NCBI GenBank assembly: GCA_011192015.1
Contig: DUET01000086.1
Location: 18,026 to 82,025 of the forward strand
DNA from: Anaerolineae bacterium
Lineage (GTDB): Bacteria > Chloroflexota > Anaerolineae > Anaerolineales > E44-bin32
DNA: 64,000 bases
Reading direction: 5' to 3'
The notes beneath the pieces were generated by a model that was given only the letters and a program-made list of their open reading frames with translations, had not been told where the DNA came from and ran no database searches. Positions 61,120-64,000 of this stretch are shown one piece after another (within the stretch, counting starts at the first letter, position 1; each line of letters starts with the position of its first letter). A program made the position numbers and the translations under genes.

Positions 61120-61971
61120 ATGGACATCAAGAAGATCGTCGTCATAGGCGCCGGCGCGATGGGCAACGGCATCGCCCAAACAGCCGCGGTCAGCGGATAT
61201 CAGGTGACCATGACGGACGTGATCGAAGAGGCTCTGGAACGCGGCACGGCCACGATCGCGAAATCCGTTGCCAAACTTGCTGAAAAGGGAAGAATCACGG
61301 AAGAACAGAAGACCGCAGCGTTAGGCATCGAGACTTCGCTCGATCTGAAGCCCGTCAGCAAGGCGGACCTGGTCATCGAGGCAGCCCCCGAGATTCCGAA
61401 ACTCAAGATGGAGCTGTTCACCGAGTTGGATAAGCTGGCACCGGAAGGTGTGATCCTGGCTACAAACACCTCCTCCATCTCACTCACCAAAATCGCCGCC
61501 GCCACCCAGCGCCCGGATAAAGTGATCGGGATGCACTTTTTCAATCCAGTCCCACTGATGAAGCTGCTGGAAGTGGTACGCGGTCTGGCTACATCGGATG
61601 AGACCACGGCAGTGGCCTTCGAGATCGGCAAGCGCATGGGCAAGGAACCGGTGGAAGCCATGGACTCTCCGGGCTTTATCTCCAACCGCATCCTCTGCCC
61701 CATGATCAACGAAGCCGTCTTTGTACTGATGGAGGGCATCGGTTCCCCCGAAGCCATCGACACCGTCATGAAGCTGGGCATGAACCACCCCATGGGCCCC
61801 CTCGCCCTGGCGGACATGATCGGTCTGGACGTCGTGCTCTTTGTGATGGAAGTCCTGCAGCGCGATCTCGGGGACGATAAATACCGCCCGGCACCACTGC
61901 TGCGAAAGATGGTGGACGCAGGCTATCTTGGCCGCAAAACCAAGAAGGGATTCTACGATTACGGAGCTTAA
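61120..61971 (+). CDS. hbd: 3-hydroxybutyryl-CoA dehydrogenase
   Basis: Contains [19 protein letters not shown] and PGFISNR motifs. Confidence 0.92.
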   Translation: MDIKKIVVIGAGAMGNGIAQTAAVSGYQVTMTDVIEEALERGTATIAKSVAKLAEKGRITEEQKTAALGIETSLDLKPVSKADLVIEAAPEIPKLKMELFTELDKLAPEGVILATNTSSISLTKIAAATQRPDKVIGMHFFNPVPLMKLLEVVRGLATSDETTAVAFEIGKRMGKEPVEAMDSPGFISNRILCPMINEAVFVLMEGIGSPEAIDTVMKLGMNHPMGPLALADMIGLDVVLFVMEVLQRDLGDDKYRPAPLLRKMVDAGYLGRKTKKGFYDYGA

Positions 61972-62124
61972 GTCCAACCCTAAAGTTTGAGATTGATCGG
62001 CGATGCCTATCTTTTCTTTCTCGACAAGGGGGAAAAGCACAAGGAATGCGTGTTGCGCTTGTTGAAGGATGGGCATCGCTGACGGCTCTGTGAACGATTC
62101 AAATCACGCCGTGGGAGGAGCATC

Positions 62125-63528
62125 ATGCGAGCGAAAGCGCTTCTTGTAACCGTTCTGACGTTGATTCTTGCCATGCTGGCCTGCGATCTTCCAACCATCC
62201 CTACAGAATCTCCTGTCAGCACGCCAACACCCGATGAAGGGACGGAAGTGGACTACGTGGCAACGAACGTGGCCGCCACGCTGACGGCGATAGCATTTAC
62301 TCCTGGTCCGACAAGTCCCCCAGAAGCAACACCAACAGCCACCGCCACAACCCCCGTATGCGCCACCGCCTCCGTACTCACAGTCGCCTACACCAACAAT
62401 GGAAACGTCTGGCTGGTTGAAGGATCGAACCCTCCACTACAACTCACATCCGGCGGCACGGCTGAACGAGTCGTCGTCTCCGGGGATGGTCAGAAGGTGG
62501 CCTTCACAACCTGGGATCAGCCCACACAAACGACGGAATTACGCGTTGTGAACAGCGATGGCAGCGGGGAAATGGTGTTGCTGAGCCAGGCTGACCAGGA
62601 CGCACTGCCGCCCTCACTGGGAAGCGCGCTTCACCACACTGTCCATCGCATGCGCTTCATGCCCTGCACACAGGATTTACTCTTCAACACCCGATCTGTG
62701 TACGAGGGCCCGGGGCTGGACACCAAGAACAATCTGCTCTCGGTCGATGTCAACACGGGCATCCTGACCACAATCCTGGCGCCAGGAGATGCGGGGATCG
62801 ATTTCTTCATCTCACCGGATCGAACCCGGTTCGCGCTTTCCTTCCCGGAGCGCATCGGTTTCGTCGACAACGATGGTTCCAATCTACTGCCCAGCGTGCA
62901 CACCTTCACGCCCGTGATCACCTACAGTGAATTCATGTGGAATCCTCCCGTTCAATGGGAGCCGGATTCCAGTGCCGTAATGCTGGCCATGCCTTCGGAT
63001 GATCCCTTCATGCCCGGCGCCTACGGAGACATCTGGCACATTCCGGCGGATGGCTCTGCTGTGACCCATCTGGCCACCATCGTTGCCGACTTTTACCAAA
63101 TCCAGTACAGGGAGATCACCATCTCTCCCGATCTCAGCATGCTGGCCTACTTACGCGATAGCGGAACGATCAATGTCGAAGAGATCTACTTCGCCAACAT
63201 CGATGGCAGTGGGGAGACGCTCTACGATACGGCCGATCTCCAACCCCAAGGTTGGTCACCGGACAGCATCAATTACGCCTACATCGTCACAACCATGGGA
63301 GGCAGGGAATTGCGGATCGGTAGACCCGGATACGGTCCCTTCAACGCAGCCACAAGCAGCAACGCCATCCGGGATGCCAATTGGGTTGACAACACCAGGC
63401 TGCTCTACTTTGATGGTTCCAACCCCAATTGGGATCTGAAACTCGCGGTGCTGGGCACCGGCACCTACACGCTCGCCAGTGCATCGGGCGCGCTGATACC
63501 AAACTACGATTTCGCTCCTAAGCCCTAG
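62125..63528 (+). CDS. exported hypothetical protein, TolB/PD40-like beta-propeller candidate
   Basis: A signal peptide ending in MLAC and a Thr/Pro linker are followed by repeated motifs of the form G..P.QLTSGG...VSGDG..VAF. Confidence 0.6.
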   Translation: MRAKALLVTVLTLILAMLACDLPTIPTESPVSTPTPDEGTEVDYVATNVAATLTAIAFTPGPTSPPEATPTATATTPVCATASVLTVAYTNNGNVWLVEGSNPPLQLTSGGTAERVVVSGDGQKVAFTTWDQPTQTTELRVVNSDGSGEMVLLSQADQDALPPSLGSALHHTVHRMRFMPCTQDLLFNTRSVYEGPGLDTKNNLLSVDVNTGILTTILAPGDAGIDFFISPDRTRFALSFPERIGFVDNDGSNLLPSVHTFTPVITYSEFMWNPPVQWEPDSSAVMLAMPSDDPFMPGAYGDIWHIPADGSAVTHLATIVADFYQIQYREITISPDLSMLAYLRDSGTINVEEIYFANIDGSGETLYDTADLQPQGWSPDSINYAYIVTTMGGRELRIGRPGYGPFNAATSSNAIRDANWVDNTRLLYFDGSNPNWDLKLAVLGTGTYTLASASGALIPNYDFAPKP

Positions 63529-63573
63529 TGCAGCTGGGGCTGAGTGAAGTGGAATTTCGAAGGTGGTAAGCAC

Positions 63574-63601
63574 CAGGGGCTGTCCAGGAGGACAGCCCCT
63601 G
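63574..63601. repeat. hairpin CAGGGGCTGTCC-AGGA-GGACAGCCCCTG between convergent genes
   Basis: A perfect 12-bp stem with no flanking U tract. It shares GGGGCTGTCC with the hairpin at 56239. Confidence 0.45.
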
Positions 63602-63660
63602 ATACTGCGGATGGAAATCCCTTCCCAAAACCAGTCCAAACGCACGACGATTGGGTTCAA

Positions 63661-64000
63661 TCACGAACCGGCGAAGGCGATGATCTCTTGGGCGATTTCA
63701 TGCGGCTTGTGCAGCAGCACGTCGTGCACCGTATCTTCCAACCAGCTTACATGCAGGTCCTGGATCGTGGCGCGTGCGCGTTGGATGGCGTCCTTCTTCA
63801 ACTCGAGATGAATACGCTCCTCGAAATTAGGGGGGTTGATCGGAGTCACGGGCAGCATCAACACAGGACACCGCAGCTGATCGAAGCATGCGTAGGTTTG
63901 AAACTTCCACAGGGATTCGATCGCCTGCGTATAGCGTTCGGAAGGCAAGTGTGCTTTGAGCGTTTTATCTTCCGTGATCTCATAGTTTGCGAGGATGGCC
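63661..64000 (-). CDS. alpha/beta hydrolase family protein, C-terminal part (gene runs off the window)
   Basis: The frame stays open to the window edge. The C-terminal motif VHDVLLHKP is typical of the His region of alpha/beta hydrolases. Confidence 0.55.
   Translation of the reverse strand, partial: AILANYEITEDKTLKAHLPSERYTQAIESLWKFQTYACFDQLRCPVLMLPVTPINPPNFEERIHLELKKDAIQRARATIQDLHVSWLEDTVHDVLLHKPHEIAQEIIAFAGS

Overview
High-GC bacterial chromosomal window, densely coding. I can support about 62 protein genes, one tRNA and one gene remnant. I saw no rRNA, no CRISPR array, and no transposase, integrase or phage gene. The left end is the conserved rpmH-rnpA-yidD-yidC-jag-parA-parB neighbourhood. 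It is preceded by murA rather than dnaA/dnaN, and a PQQ-type beta-propeller lipoprotein gene is wedged between yidD and yidC. Next come housekeeping genes (fabG, asp23, nusB, tatB-like, tatC), an MFS transporter and an AidB-like acyl-CoA dehydrogenase. After these are a Roadblock/LC7 gene divergent from two SPFH-like membrane protein genes, psuK-psuG, an ADP-forming acetyl-CoA synthetase and a DUF151 (BFN) nuclease-family gene. A primosome operon follows: dnaB, a DnaD-like gene, and an unusual tandem double-AAA+ DnaC/DnaI-like loader. Downstream of tRNA-Glu(UUC) lies a roughly 6.5 kb accessory-looking segment. It holds an FG-GAP repeat protein, two Cys-rich exported or membrane proteins, a beta-helix protein, and an AT-richer exported-protein gene that is preceded by a degenerate copy of the promoter and 5' end of the downstream mttB gene, the intact gene following it. 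The segment is marked by two short hairpin-repeat families. The right half carries a non-Pyl MttB plus corrinoid protein pair, several oxidoreductases and hydrolases, and a GAF-GAF histidine kinase with an atypical receiver. It also has an HMG-CoA reductase plus archaeal-type HMG-CoA synthase/thiolase/DUF35 cluster, rplS, murI, gyrA, a penicillin/AHL-type acylase, birA, and a thiolase-hbd pair. Gene content suggests a Chloroflexota-like organism, but that is inference only. The observations I rank highest are the covalently duplicated helicase loader, the Roadblock plus SPFH-like pair, the tRNA-adjacent Cys-rich exported-protein segment with its repeat structure, and the Asp-to-Glu receiver. 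All calls come from reading the ORF translations and the DNA; no database search was possible.
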